From: Candidatus Eiseniibacteriota bacterium
GTDB taxonomy: Bacteria > Eisenbacteria > RBG-16-71-46
Assembly (NCBI GenBank): GCA_963725865.1
Contig: CAVSAC010000014.1
Coordinates: forward strand, 1,216,001-1,280,000
Length of the DNA stretch: 64,000 nucleotides
Direction of reading: 5' to 3'
Part shown: positions 31,712 through 43,980 of the stretch, in pieces
How the letters are laid out: each line of letters opens with the position of its first letter
Numbering within the stretch: the stretch's first letter is position 1
Made by a program: the position numbers and the translations under genes
Notes under the pieces: generated by a model
What the model was told of the DNA's origin: nothing
The model's input: the letters and a program-made list of their open reading frames with translations, nothing else
Databases searched by the model: none

Positions 31712-33413
31712 ATGGTCCGCTGGTTCAGCGCACTGGCGCTCGTCGGGGTGCGTCGTCCTGGGAGCGATGTCGGCGACCGCCGCGACCTCCACCGGTGGCA
31801 TCGACGCCGGTCTCCTGGATCCCGCCGTGACCGCCGGCGCCGCGCCGGCGCGCGCGAGCCCGGTCGGCATCGTGTGGGCGGGCTTCTCGGTCGCCGCACT
31901 CTCGACCGCTCCGGCGGACACGGACTTCTCCATCACCTATCGCGTCCAGTTCTCGGGCCCGCCGAGCGCGGTCCGCCTCGATCTCGTGGCCGGTGGGAGC
32001 GTCGACCTGGCCGACCAGGGCGGTGACCTGTGGAGCGCCGACATCACCGTCAGCCAGGCGCTGGCCGGATACGACACCGCGGACGTCAATCACGACCACG
32101 TCGGCTACCTGCAGGTGTACGAGGGCGGGATCCCGGCGTTCACCTACCAGGTGTTCATCAACGTGGCGGACGACCGCGTGCCGACGCTGCGACCGGCGCT
32201 CGTGAGCGGCACGATCCAGTCCACCTGCCACGTGGTCAACGTGTGGCGGCCGGACCTCACGTTCCCGCCGAGCGCGGCGGTCGTGCGGGCCGCGGTCGCG
32301 GACGTGCTGGCGGCGTTCGGCGACCAGTTCGACTTCCTGAACGTCGTGCACACGCTGCCGAGCTACCCGCTGAATCGCGGGCACCTCGTGGTCCGGAACG
32401 CGGTCGCGGGGATCGGGCTCCCGCCGGTCGACGACACGGCGCAGTGGGGCAGCGCGGGACGCCTGCTCGGCCTGACGTTCTACCCGATCGACACGTTCTT
32501 CGATCTCGCCGAGAGCGCGAGCCTCCACGAGCTCGGCCACCAGTGGATCAACTACAGCAGCCTGCCGCTGCTGGCGGTCGGCACGCCGCACTGGCGGCCG
32601 GGCACGCCGGCGCGCGGGCTGATGGGCTTCAACATCGGGGGCGGCGGGGGCGGCGTGTTTCCCTTCGAGTTGGTCCCGCTGGGCGGCAACCTCTATCAGC
32701 TGTCGGCGGCCGAGCCGCCGCGCGAGTTCACGGACCTCGATCTGTACGAGATGGGATTCCTGCCGCCCGACTCGGTCGGGACCCACGTCGTGTTCGACGA
32801 TCCGAACCTGTTCCTGTGCGACGGCTGCTCCGGTGCGGCCACCACCTTCGGCGTCGCCGACGTCATCGCCGCGCAGGGGCCGCGCGTGCCGGCCGCCGCG
32901 CAGTCACCGCACCGGTTCCAAGTCGGCACCATCGTCCTGAGCCGCGACCGGCTGCTGACGGCCGCCGAGCTCTCGGTGTTCGACTACTTCGCCGCGCGCG
33001 GCGAGGCCACCACGCCGCTGCCCTTCACGAGCGGGCTCGAGAGCGGGGTCACCAGGCCGTTCCGGCTCGCCACCCGCGGCATCGGCACGCTCGAGACCTG
33101 GATGGACGCCGCCTGCGCGTCCGCCGCCGTGACCGACGCCAGGCCCGCCGGCCCGGCGTTCCGGATCGCCGGCGCGAACCCGCTGCGCGGAGCCACCGCA
33201 TTCGAGTGGACGCAGACCGCTCCCGCCCGGGTGGCGCTCGAGGTGTTCGCGGTCACGGGCGCGCGCGTGGCGCGGATCGCGAGCGGGCCGTTCGAGCCCG
33301 GCACCCACGCCGCGCGATGGGCCCCCGGAGCGCTGCCGGCCGGCGTCTACTTCGTGACCCTCTCGCTCGACCAGCATCGCGCGGCCGTCCGGCGCGTGGT
33401 CGTGATGCGCTGA
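31712..33413 (+). CDS. Secreted putative Zn-metallopeptidase with T9SS/FlgD-like C-terminus
   Basis: HELGHQW...HW and FTDLDLYEMG; removing one G in the run at ~31745 restores the signal peptide MVRWFSALALVGCVVLG. Confidence 0.7.
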
Positions 33414-33462
33414 CTCACCGCTCGCCGGCGCCGGCAAGCGCGCCGCGGCGGCACCGCTGCGC

Positions 33463-34071
33463 TCAGCGCACCGGCGGCGTGGAGTCGGGCAGCGCGCCCA
33501 GTCCGCGCATGCGCGCGGTCATCGCGGCTTGCGCCAGCCACTGGATGGTCGCGTCGCGGCCGAAATAGCCGCTCGACTTCTCGAACCGCTGGCGGCCCGG
33601 GCTCGCCACCACCAGGGTCGGGAACGCGTCGATGCCGTAGGCCTGCTGCAGGCGGTCGACCTCGAGCGGGTTGCGGCCGTCCTCGCGCTGGCGGTCGGTG
33701 ACCCGCACCGGCACGAACAGCTGCCCGATCCGGGTCGCCTCCTCGGGGTCGGCGAACACCTCGTCGGCCATCTTGCGGCAGGGGCCGCACCACTCGGCGC
33801 TGAAGTCGTAGAGGATCGGCCTGGCCGTGCGCTTGGCCAGCTCCTCGGCCTGCGCGATCGGCACCCACGCGACGCGGTCCGTGCCGCCCGCGGTGCCGAA
33901 CCTCACGTGCGTCGAGCCGCCCACCGGCCGCATGGCCGCCGGTGGCGCGTGGCGCGCGTCCCAGATCCCGGTCGCCACCCGCGCGATCAGCAGCGCCGCG
34001 GCCGCGATCACCAGCGCGCGCGGCAGCGCGCGGCTCGGGCCGGCCAGGTGGGCGCCGTCAGCCGGCGGCAT
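33463..34071 (-). CDS. Thioredoxin-family protein (membrane anchored)
   Basis: YDFSAEWCGPC, FPTL. Confidence 0.9.
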   Translation of the reverse strand: MPPADGAHLAGPSRALPRALVIAAAALLIARVATGIWDARHAPPAAMRPVGGSTHVRFGTAGGTDRVAWVPIAQAEELAKRTARPILYDFSAEWCGPCRKMADEVFADPEEATRIGQLFVPVRVTDRQREDGRNPLEVDRLQQAYGIDAFPTLVVASPGRQRFEKSSGYFGRDATIQWLAQAAMTARMRGLGALPDSTPPVR

Positions 34072-34764
34072 ACGAGAGCTCCTTGCGGTTCATCGCCCAC
34101 ATCGCGACCACCAGGCAGAGCGTGAGCGTCGACAGGTACGAGACCAGCTCGAACCACGGGATCGCGCCGTGGCTGAAGAACGGCGACGGATCGAGCGAGG
34201 CGTCGAGGAAGCGCTGCACCTCGGCGCCCGCGCGCGCGAGCCACGGCCACTGGCGCGCGAAGCCGACGCTGCTGAGGATGCCGGCCCCCAGGAACGTCAG
34301 CACGTACAAGCCGAGGTCGCCGAGGCCGGGCGCCAGCGCCGAGAACATCACCAGCACCGCCGACACGCCGAACACCGCCAGCGCCCCCTCGAGCATCTTG
34401 GCCGCCATCATCGCGGCGCCGACGTCGCCGTGGCGCAGCAGCGAGACCACCGCCGCCACCAGCACCTGCAGCACGCACACCGCGGTGGCCAGCGAGCCGG
34501 CCGCGAGCCAGCGCGCGAACACGTACTCGGCGCGCCGCAGCGGGCGCGCGAACGCCAGCGTGAGCACGCCGCTCGAGACCTCCTGACCGATCAGGCCGGC
34601 GGCGAACACGAACCCGAACACGCCGAAGGTGGTCTTGCCGAGCGTCGCGAGCGAGCCGGTCAGCAGCACCGGCAGCAGGCCGAAGCCGAACAGCATCAGA
34701 GCGAGCAGCAGCCGCAGCGGGCTGGTCAGGCGCTGGCGCCAGAACGTCGTGACGAGCGTGACGA

Positions 34765-34768
<4 letters not shown>
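34058..34768 (-). CDS. ABC-2 type permease
   Basis: Several TMs; EVSSGVLTLAFARPLRRAE. Confidence 0.85.
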
Positions 34769-35697
<929 letters not shown>

Positions 35698-35743
35698 CGG
35701 TCCTCTCGGAAGCGGGGCGCACCGCGCGCCCGCGGCGCGCAGA

Positions 35744-37030
35744 CTAGCGGCTCGTCGCGTCCTTCGCCACCACGCCGCCCTTCATCACCCAGGTCACGCG
35801 CTCCAGCTCGGTGACGTCCTTGAGCGGATCGCCCGCGACCGCGACCAGGTCGGCGAAGTGGCCGGGCGCGATCGCGCCCACCCGGTCCGACCAGCTCATC
35901 AGCTCGGCCGCGCTCACGGTGGCGGTCTGGATCGCCTGCATCGGCGTCATGCCCTCGCGCACGTAGATCGCGAACTCGCGGACCTGGGTGCCGTGCGGGA
36001 ACACGCCGGCGTCGGTGCCGAAGGCGATCTTCACGCCCGCGTGCAGCGCGGTGCGGAACGCGCCGTGCATGACACCGCGGACGGCGCGCGCCTTGGCGAG
36101 GTTCTCCTCCTGGATGTGGAGCGGGTTGCCCTCGGCGAGGATCGGCTCGACCACGTAGAGCGTCGGCACGTACCAGGTGCCGTTCTTCTTGAGCACCTGC
36201 GCGACCTCGGCGTCCATATAGGTGCCGTGCTCGACCGAGCGCACGCCCGCCTCGCTCGCCCAGATCATGCCTTCCTTGCCGTGGCAGTGGGCCGCGACGT
36301 GGCGTCCGAGGCGCTCGGCCTCGTCGACCGCGGCGTGCATCTCCTCGCGCGTGTACAGCGTGAGGCGGGGGTTGTCGCCGGCCGACAGCACGCCGCCGGT
36401 GGCGAGGATCTTGATGACGTCGGCGCCTTGCTGGACGTTGAAGCGGACGTGCTTGCGCACCTCGTCGACGCCGTCCGCGACGCCCGACTCCAGGTCGTTG
36501 CACCAGTGGTAGTCGAGCAGGTTGGTGGGATCGCCGTGCCCGCCGGTCATCGAGAGCGACCAGGTCGCCACCTGCATGCGCGGGCCCACGATCTCGCCGG
36601 CGTTCACGGCGTCGCGCAGCGCCACGTCCACCAGCTCGCGGCCGCCCACGTCGCGCACCGTGGTGAAGCCCGCCATCAGGGTGGCGCGGCAGTTGTTCAC
36701 CCCGGTGACCGCCGCGCGCGCCGCGCTCGACTTGAGCCGCTCGGCCAGCGGGATGCCGACGCGCGAGGACAGGTGGGTGTGCACGTCGATCAGCCCGGGC
36801 AGCAGCGTGGCGCCGCCGAGGTCGGTCACCGGCAGGCCGCTCGGCGCGCGGTCGGCGATCGACTCGATCGTGTCGCCCGCGACCACCACCCACACCTCGC
36901 CGCGCTCGAGCCCGGCGCGCGCGTCGATCCAGTGCGCGGCGTGGACCGCGAAGCGACCGGCGGCGTGCGCGGCGAGGGGCAGCGCGAGCAGCGCGGACAG
37001 CGTGAGCGCGAGCGACAGGCGACGGCGCAT
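35744..37030 (-). CDS. Secreted amidohydrolase (Xaa-Pro dipeptidase-like)
   Basis: PGLIDVHTH, AAHCHG, SVEHG, FGTDAG. Confidence 0.93.
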   Translation of the reverse strand: MRRRLSLALTLSALLALPLAAHAAGRFAVHAAHWIDARAGLERGEVWVVVAGDTIESIADRAPSGLPVTDLGGATLLPGLIDVHTHLSSRVGIPLAERLKSSAARAAVTGVNNCRATLMAGFTTVRDVGGRELVDVALRDAVNAGEIVGPRMQVATWSLSMTGGHGDPTNLLDYHWCNDLESGVADGVDEVRKHVRFNVQQGADVIKILATGGVLSAGDNPRLTLYTREEMHAAVDEAERLGRHVAAHCHGKEGMIWASEAGVRSVEHGTYMDAEVAQVLKKNGTWYVPTLYVVEPILAEGNPLHIQEENLAKARAVRGVMHGAFRTALHAGVKIAFGTDAGVFPHGTQVREFAIYVREGMTPMQAIQTATVSAAELMSWSDRVGAIAPGHFADLVAVAGDPLKDVTELERVTWVMKGGVVAKDATSR

Positions 37031-37202
37031 GACGGGACCTCCGTGAGGTGGCGGCGCGGACCGGGGCACGGTGCCAGAGGGCGGCAGGTCGGGCAACGCC
37101 GAAATGCGTCCGGGCAGGCACAGGTCGCCGGAGTGGCGCGTGCCCGGAGCATCGCGTGTGGGTATTGCGATGCGGAGGGCACGCGCTCGAGTGGCGGCTC
37201 GC

Positions 37203-39005
37203 TCAGTCGCGGCGGAAGTACGACATCAGCCCGCCGGGGCTCTGGGCGCGGGCGAGCGCCAGCGCGACCCGCGGCAGCGCCAGCGGCTCGGGGTAGACCA
37301 GGAAGCGGTCCTCGAACGCCGGCGCGAACTTCTTCTTCCAGCGGAACAGGTTCTTGAAGTCGTAGAAGCGCGACAGGTGCTCCATCAGGAACTCGCGCGC
37401 GCGGTCGGCCGTGGTGGGCGCCGGCGACGCCCCGCCGCCCCGGGCGCGCGGCGCGTCCTTCGGCAGCGGCGAGGCCGCGGCCTCGGCGTCCGCGGTCGCC
37501 GCCGCCGCGGATTCGGGCGTGAGCGGGGGCTCCTCGACGCTCACGAGCGCCGAGAGCGAGAGCGACAGCAGCGCGTCGCCGCGCGCCCGCGCGGCCTCGA
37601 GCGAGCGCACGATCAGGAACTCCATCACGCCGCTCGGCGAGTCGCCGCGCCGGCGCATCAGGTCGAGCGCCCAGCCGCGGCGCGCCGGGATCGGCTCCCA
37701 CGTCACGAACGCCTCCACGCGCTGGCGGGCCGCATCCCACGCCACCGCGAGCGGCGATTGGGGCAGCCGCGCGGGATCGAAACGTCCCATGCAGAAGCCT
37801 TTCTCGCCACCGTTGCGCGTGCGCAGCCACTCGCTGGAGATGTCGCGCATCTGGGCGAGCAGGCCGTCGGGATCGTGGTGCGGGTCGAACGCGCCCGCGC
37901 CGGGGAAGAACACGCGCGCCACCACGCCCGCGCCCTCGACGCGGCGCACCGCGCGGCGCACCTCGGCGATCGCCGAGCCCTCGAGCGAGAAGCGGTCGGT
38001 CCACAGCACGGGGTCCTCGCCGATGTGCAGCGCCCGCCATCCCCGTGCGTGGTACAAGGGCAATCGCTCGGGGCGCGCCTGGAAGAACGCGAATTGCCAG
38101 TCGCGCGTGCGGCAGTGCTGCTCGAACGCGTCGAGCAGCGCCGGCAGCTCCTCGAGTGGGCCGATCGGATCGCCGACGGCGAGCAGCGTGTCCGCCTCGA
38201 AGCGATAGGCGATCACCGCGCGCTGGTTGGCGCTGAAGAAGTAGTCGATGCCGGAGCCGAGCGCGAACGCGGCGACCGAGCTGTCGCCGTGCTCGCGCAC
38301 CAGCTCGGCCACGCGTCGCACCTCGGCGCCGTGGCGTCCGCGATGGGCGGCCGGCCGCAACGCCAGCACGGCCAGCGCGACCAGCAGGATCAACCCGAGC
38401 GCCGGCAGCGACTCGAGGAACCACTCGACCACGCGCGACTCCGCCGGCGGGAGGGTGCGCGCGAGCACCAGCGCGGGACCGCCGATGCCGACCAGCCGGT
38501 AGGCGGCCTCCTCGATCGCCCGCACCAGGGAGGCGCCGGGGCCGAACGTGCCCTCGACGATCCAGCAGCCGACGACCGCGTAGACGAGCAGGCCGATCAC
38601 CGCGGCGGTGCCCCACGAGCGCAGCGCGCCGAGCGTGAGCGCGCGGCTGCGGACGCGGAACGCGTCGCCGCTCACGCCGAGCGCGAACAGCAGCGCGGCG
38701 GCGATCGACGCCTCCTCGACGTCGAGGGCCTTGAGCACGTTGACCGGCACCGAGAGCGCGCACAGGAACAACGCAGCGACGAACGCGCGGCGCTTGCCGC
38801 GCCGCAGGCCCCAGGCGGTGACCAGCAGCAGCGCCCCGGCGATGAGCGTGAACGTGCGGCTGGTGTCGAGCACGTCGGTGGGGACGAGGTGGACGAGGGC
38901 GACCAGGCGTTCGGGGGGACGCGACAGGAGCGCGGAGAGCAGATCCACCAGGCCCATCGCGGCGACCGCGATGGACAGCAGGGTCCTGAGGAACACGGTG
39001 CGCAT
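37203..39005 (-). CDS. Aminoacyl-phosphatidylglycerol synthase domain protein (MprF/LysX-like)
   Basis: N-terminal TMs, GDPIG, EKGFCMG, LDLMRR, LFRWKKKF. Confidence 0.88.
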   Translation of the reverse strand: MRTVFLRTLLSIAVAAMGLVDLLSALLSRPPERLVALVHLVPTDVLDTSRTFTLIAGALLLVTAWGLRRGKRRAFVAALFLCALSVPVNVLKALDVEEASIAAALLFALGVSGDAFRVRSRALTLGALRSWGTAAVIGLLVYAVVGCWIVEGTFGPGASLVRAIEEAAYRLVGIGGPALVLARTLPPAESRVVEWFLESLPALGLILLVALAVLALRPAAHRGRHGAEVRRVAELVREHGDSSVAAFALGSGIDYFFSANQRAVIAYRFEADTLLAVGDPIGPLEELPALLDAFEQHCRTRDWQFAFFQARPERLPLYHARGWRALHIGEDPVLWTDRFSLEGSAIAEVRRAVRRVEGAGVVARVFFPGAGAFDPHHDPDGLLAQMRDISSEWLRTRNGGEKGFCMGRFDPARLPQSPLAVAWDAARQRVEAFVTWEPIPARRGWALDLMRRRGDSPSGVMEFLIVRSLEAARARGDALLSLSLSALVSVEEPPLTPESAAAATADAEAAASPLPKDAPRARGGGASPAPTTADRAREFLMEHLSRFYDFKNLFRWKKKFAPAFEDRFLVYPEPLALPRVALALARAQSPGGLMSYFRRD

Positions 39006-39060
39006 GCGCGGACCAGCCTAGCACCTCGCGCGCCGCGGCGCGTGGGCGCCACCAACGAGA

Positions 39061-39086
39061 AGGCCCCGCGCTCGGGCGCGGGGCCT
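39061..39086 (-). terminator. Intrinsic terminator after HU
   Basis: 11-bp stem AGGCCCCGCGC/GCGCGGGGCCT, followed by TCTCGTT on the minus strand. Confidence 0.65.
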
Positions 39087-39107
39087 CGCGTACAGCGGTG
39101 TGGCGGT

Positions 39108-39389
39108 CTACTTGAGCGCGAGCTCCTTCATGGCCTTCGCGATCCGGAACTTGAGCACGGTCTTGGCCGGGATCTTGATGGCCTCGCCGGTCTGCGGATT
39201 GCGGCCCATGCGGGCCTTGCGCTTCACGACCACGAGCTTGCCCACGCCGGGGAACACGAAGCCGTTGCGCGCCTGCTTGGCGGCGAGCGTCGCCAGCTCT
39301 TCGAGGATCAGGGTGCTCTGCTTCTTGGTGAGCTCGAACTTGTTCGCGAGGTGACCCGCGATCTGTGACTTCGTCATCATCTTCGCCAT
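39108..39389 (-). CDS. HU family DNA-binding protein
   Basis: RKARMGRNPQTGEAIKIPAK. Confidence 0.96.
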   Translation of the reverse strand: MAKMMTKSQIAGHLANKFELTKKQSTLILEELATLAAKQARNGFVFPGVGKLVVVKRKARMGRNPQTGEAIKIPAKTVLKFRIAKAMKELALK

Positions 39390-39468
39390 GTGTGTCCTTC
39401 CTCTCCCTGATGAAGGTCATGCGGCACATTCGGACGGGCGCCGAGTCGAGGCACCCTAGCCGGACGTG

Positions 39469-39497
39469 GGTATAGCGAGCGCGACCGCGAATGACAA
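39469..39497 (-). promoter_or_regulatory. Putative sigma70 promoter of HU
   Basis: TTGTCA-N17-TATACC. Confidence 0.55.
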
Positions 39498-39646
39498 GGG
39501 GAATCTTGCACCCACATCGATTCCACCCTTTGCTGGAGCGGGTGGAAACGATGCATATTCCGGGCCGCGCCAATCGCGGGTGAAACGCGTCTCGCGGTGG
39601 CGCCGGGTGATCGACCGGTCTCGCGCACCCCGCCGAGCCCCGCGCT

Positions 39647-42235
39647 TCAGTCGGTGAGGACGACGCGCTGGACCGCCTCGGCGTCGCGCGTGCGCGCCCG
39701 CACGAAGTACACGCCGGCGCGTGCACGATGCCCGGCGGCGTCCGTCGCGCCCCACGCGAGTGCGTGACGCCCGGCCTCGCGCGGGCCGTTCGCGAGGCTC
39801 GCGACGCGGCGGCCCGCGGCGTCGTAGACCACGACTTCGACCGCGCTTGCGGCGGGCAGTTCGAGCGATAGACGCACCGCGCCGCGGCTCGGATTGGGCC
39901 ACGGCGCCGAGAGTGCGAGGCGCGCGGGATCCGCGGTGGGACCCACCGCGACGGGGAGCTGCGTGAGGTCGAGACGCCACTGCCCGCGGCCGTGCGTGGC
40001 CGCCACCAGCGTGCGCGAGGCGGCGTGGAGGGTGAGGTCGAACACGGCCTGGGCGGGCATCCCGACCCCGAGCGGGAACCAGCCGACGCCCAGGTCGCGG
40101 GTCGCCCACACCCCGACATCGGTCGCCAGGTAGAGGGTGTTCGGGTCCGCCGGGTCGACCAGCAGGTCGTTGGCGGGAGCGTCGGGGAGGTTCCCGGCGA
40201 TCGACGTCCAGGTGGTCCCCCGGTCGATGCTGCGGTACACGTGCGCCAGGTGCTCGTCGGAGCCGAAGCCCGAGAGCGTCACGTAGACCGTGCCCGCGGT
40301 CACCGGGTCGGCGGTCACGCGCGTGATCGCGCGCAAGGGCAGGCCGGCGGTGATCTCGGTCCAGCCCAGCCCGGCGTTGATCGAACGCCACACCCGGCCG
40401 TCGTCGGTGCCCGCGTAGTAGGTGAACGGGTCGACCGGAGAGATCTCCAGCGCGCTCATGGTGCCGTAAAGCAGCGTCGCGTCCACCGGGTTGGTGGAGA
40501 GGTCGGCGCTGACCGGCACGTACGTGATCCCGTTGTCGACGCTCTTGTAGACCCGCTGGCTCCCGACCAGCAGGACGCGGTGGTCGTGCGGATCCATCAC
40601 GATCGGCGTGTTCCAGTTGTAGCGGTCGGCGGCGTTGAAGCCCCCGGGGGTGCCGAACGAGGCGCCGCCGTTGACCGAGCGCTGCGGCCCGGCGCCCGAG
40701 CAGCAGTACTGGAACTCGGCGAACACCACGTTGCTGTCGACCGGATCGACCAGGCACTGGAAGCCGTCGCCTCCGAGCACCGGGAACCACGCGTTCGGCG
40801 AGCCCGCGGTGATCAGCGTGTTGTTGTCCTGGGTGCCGCCCAGCAGCTTGTTGGGGTTCTGTGGCGCGATGGCGCCGGCATAGAACTGCGTGATGGGCAG
40901 GTCGACCGACTTCAGCCACGATCCGCCGCCCACGCTGCTCGAGAAGAACCCGCCGTCGTTGCCGAGATAGACGCGGTTCGGGAACGACGGGTCGATCCAG
41001 ATCGCGTGCTGATCCACGTGCGCGCCGCCGGTGATGTTGGTGAACGAGACGCCGCCGTCGAGCGAGCGCATGAGCGTCACGCCGAGCGCGAACACGCGGC
41101 TCGGGTTGGTCGGGTCGACCGCCATGTCGCCGAAGTACCAGCTGAAGCCGCCGAAGCCGCCCGTGAAGCCGCTCGCATCGCGGCGCGTCCACGTGTCGCC
41201 GCCGTCGATCGAGCGGTACATGCCGAGCCCCGCGTAGCCCTGCGCCGTTCCGGTGGTGAACTGGGCGTAGATCGTGCGCGGCTGCGACGCGCAGAGCGCG
41301 AGCGCGATGCGTCCGACGCCGTCCGACGGCACCGGCAGCCCGGTGCTGAGGCGCGTCCAATTAGCGCCGCGATCGATGCTGCGCCAGATGCCGCAGCCCG
41401 GCCCGTATGCGCGCCGGTAGCTCTGCCGCCGCACGCGCTCCCACGACGCGGCGAACACGGTGTCGGGGTGCAGCGGGTTGAACACCACGTCGGTCACGCC
41501 GGTGCTGTCGTTGACGAACAGCGGCTTCGACCACGTGATGCCGCCGTCGGTCGAGCGATAGAGCCCGCGGTCGGGCGAGGTCGAGAACTGCGGGCCCATC
41601 GCCGCCACCAGAAGGTGGTTCGGGTCCGCGGGGTCCACCGCCACGCGCGCGATGCGCGCGGTCGCGGTCAGGCCGAGGTACTCCCAGGTGGCGCCCGCGT
41701 CGTGGGTGCGGTACAGCCCGCGCCCGTCGTAGGAGTCGACCGACGCGTTGGCCTCGCCGGTGCCCACGTACAACGTGGTCGAGGAGCCCGGCTCCAGCGC
41801 CAGCGCGCCGATCGAGAAGTCGCCGAACTCGTCGAAGATCGGCGTCCAGTTGGTGCCGCTGTTGGTGGAGCGGAACACCCCGCCGTTCGCCGCGGCGAGG
41901 AACACGGTGGCCCCGCCGGGAACCGCGGCCAGCGCCGTGACCCGGCCGCCGATGTTGTAGGGACCCGCCTGCTGCCAGGTCAGCGGCGTGGCGCTGGTGC
42001 CGAGCGCCAGGCGCTCGCGCTCCGCTCGCGCCTGCTCGACCGCGGCGGCCCACTTTTCCTGCGGGATGGTCTCGAACGGGAACGCACGCTGCATCCCGAA
42101 CCAATCGCTCGGATACGGTCCTCCGTCCTGCCCGGGGCGCTCGCCGGACTCCGGCCGGTGAAGGTGCGACCACAGCAGCGGCGCGGCGATGCAGACCACG
42201 GCGAGCAGCGACAGGGCGATGGGACGCGGACGCAT
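39647..42235 (-). CDS. Secreted BNR/sortilin-like beta-propeller protein with FlgD-like C-terminus
   Basis: Repeated S.DGG.TW Asp boxes, GGTQDN, ATHGRG, WPNP tail. Confidence 0.88.
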   Translation of the reverse strand: MRPRPIALSLLAVVCIAAPLLWSHLHRPESGERPGQDGGPYPSDWFGMQRAFPFETIPQEKWAAAVEQARAERERLALGTSATPLTWQQAGPYNIGGRVTALAAVPGGATVFLAAANGGVFRSTNSGTNWTPIFDEFGDFSIGALALEPGSSTTLYVGTGEANASVDSYDGRGLYRTHDAGATWEYLGLTATARIARVAVDPADPNHLLVAAMGPQFSTSPDRGLYRSTDGGITWSKPLFVNDSTGVTDVVFNPLHPDTVFAASWERVRRQSYRRAYGPGCGIWRSIDRGANWTRLSTGLPVPSDGVGRIALALCASQPRTIYAQFTTGTAQGYAGLGMYRSIDGGDTWTRRDASGFTGGFGGFSWYFGDMAVDPTNPSRVFALGVTLMRSLDGGVSFTNITGGAHVDQHAIWIDPSFPNRVYLGNDGGFFSSSVGGGSWLKSVDLPITQFYAGAIAPQNPNKLLGGTQDNNTLITAGSPNAWFPVLGGDGFQCLVDPVDSNVVFAEFQYCCSGAGPQRSVNGGASFGTPGGFNAADRYNWNTPIVMDPHDHRVLLVGSQRVYKSVDNGITYVPVSADLSTNPVDATLLYGTMSALEISPVDPFTYYAGTDDGRVWRSINAGLGWTEITAGLPLRAITRVTADPVTAGTVYVTLSGFGSDEHLAHVYRSIDRGTTWTSIAGNLPDAPANDLLVDPADPNTLYLATDVGVWATRDLGVGWFPLGVGMPAQAVFDLTLHAASRTLVAATHGRGQWRLDLTQLPVAVGPTADPARLALSAPWPNPSRGAVRLSLELPAASAVEVVVYDAAGRRVASLANGPREAGRHALAWGATDAAGHRARAGVYFVRARTRDAEAVQRVVLTD

Positions 42236-42472
42236 GGCGGGCTCCGAGGGTGCGAGGCGATGAACGACGTGCATGAGTCTAGAGTGCCGCGACCGGATCG
42301 GGCAACGGTGGCGGGGCCGCCCGGCGCCACTGTTCAGCCGCCCTGCGCTATGCTGCGCGCGGTGGAAGCCGCCCGAAGCCGGCGGATCGAGCGCGACCGG
42401 GAGCTGCCGGCCCGGCGCGCCCGCGGACGCCCCCGCGCCCCGGAGCCGGATCCACCCTCGGAGGTTCGTCCC

Positions 42473-42670
42473 ATGATGAAGAACGTCGGTGACATCGATC
42501 GCACGCTGCGCATCGTCGCGGGCATCGTCGCCCTCGGGCTCGGCTGGTACCTGAAGAGCTGGTGGGGGCTGATCGGCATTCCGCTGCTGCTCACGGGGCT
42601 GATCCGCTGGTGCCCGGCGTACCTGCCGTTCAAGCTCTCGACCCGCGCCGACAAGCCCGCGCCTCACTGA
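42473..42670 (+). CDS. DUF2892 (YgaP-like) membrane protein
   Basis: KNVGDIDRTLR...WCPAY; GGAGG SD. Confidence 0.9.
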   Translation: MMKNVGDIDRTLRIVAGIVALGLGWYLKSWWGLIGIPLLLTGLIRWCPAYLPFKLSTRADKPAPH

Positions 42671-42706
42671 GGCGCGCGCTCCTCGCGGCCCGCCGGCGGC
42701 TCGCGG

Positions 42707-43918
42707 TCAGCGCGCCGCCGGCGCCGCGGGCGCGGGCGGAGGAAGCTCCGCCAGCATCGGCAGGGTGGCCGCGAAGCCGCGCGAGCGCTCGGCGACCAGC
42801 GCCAGCGCCTGGTCGCGCTCGGCGCCCTCGAGCGGCACCGGGCGGAACGGATCGTCCGGCCAGCGCGTGAAGCGCAGCGGTATCACCTCGGCCGCGCTCA
42901 CGCCGTCGCGCCCGACCGTGAACCGCGCGAGCCCCGCGAGCGTGTCGCTCGGGTCCTTGATGCCGCCGTAGACGAAGTTGCCGAGCGAGTAGTAGATGGG
43001 TGCGCCGCGGTAGAGCTCCACGCCGTGCAGCCGGTGCGGGTGCGCGCCCAGCACCGCCTTCGCGCCGAGGTCCACGCACAGGTGCGCGAGCTCCTGCTGG
43101 TACTCGCGCACGTAGTAGGCGCCCTCCTTGCCCCAGTGGAAGAACGGGATCGCCACGTCCACGCGCGGCACCAGCGCCGCGACGTCCTCGCGCACCATCG
43201 CGCGGATGCAGTCCAGGTCCGTGTAGCAGCCCGCCACGCCCGCGGTCCAGTGGGTGGCGTAGAGCACCTTGGGCTCGAACATGTCCGCCGCGATCTGGAA
43301 GTACCAGCCCACGAAGCCCACCCGCAGGCCGCCGCGCTCCACGATCACCGGCGTGCGCGCGATCTCCATGGCGGGCCCCGCGCCGAAGCGCGCGATGCCG
43401 GCCGCGTCGAGCGTGGCGAGCGTGTCCGCGACGCCCTGGGGTCCGTAGTCCTCGACGTGGTTGTTCGCGCACGAGACCACGTCCACGCCGCCCGCCTGGA
43501 GCACCTTCACCAGCTCGGGGCGCGCGCGGAAGTTGAAGTGCTTCGGAACCTTCGTGCCGCGCGCGGTGAACGGGCACTCCAGGTTCACGACCGCCAGGTC
43601 CGCGGGCTCCAGCAGCCCGCGCACCCCCGAGAAGTAACGCGCTTCGAGCGTCTCGCGCGCGGCGCCCGCGGCCAGTTCGCGGTCGAAGTGGTCCTGCAGG
43701 TTGTAGCCGAGCGTGGTGTCGCCACCCGCCACCACGGTGATCGTCGCCGGGCGCGCCGCCCCGGTGGAGTCGGCGGGGGCACCCCCCGGCCCCGCGGGCG
43801 CGCTCAGCGAGTCGGCCCGCGCCCGCAGCGTGTCCGCCAGCGCCTGCGCGCCCGCGCGGCGCGCCACGGCGAGCGCCGCGGTGGCCGCGGCGGCGCGGAG
43901 GAGGTCCCGACGTCTCAT
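42707..43918 (-). CDS. CapA family metallophosphoesterase (Tat signal)
   Basis: MRRRDLL; GD, NLE, ANNH..DYG, HWG, GAHPH, YSLGNF. Confidence 0.92.
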   Translation of the reverse strand: MRRRDLLRAAAATAALAVARRAGAQALADTLRARADSLSAPAGPGGAPADSTGAARPATITVVAGGDTTLGYNLQDHFDRELAAGAARETLEARYFSGVRGLLEPADLAVVNLECPFTARGTKVPKHFNFRARPELVKVLQAGGVDVVSCANNHVEDYGPQGVADTLATLDAAGIARFGAGPAMEIARTPVIVERGGLRVGFVGWYFQIAADMFEPKVLYATHWTAGVAGCYTDLDCIRAMVREDVAALVPRVDVAIPFFHWGKEGAYYVREYQQELAHLCVDLGAKAVLGAHPHRLHGVELYRGAPIYYSLGNFVYGGIKDPSDTLAGLARFTVGRDGVSAAEVIPLRFTRWPDDPFRPVPLEGAERDQALALVAERSRGFAATLPMLAELPPPAPAAPAAR

Positions 43919-43980
43919 GGGCCGCATTCAATCACACGCGAGCGCGGCGGGGCGAGTGCGGCTCGTGTAGATTCCCGCGC

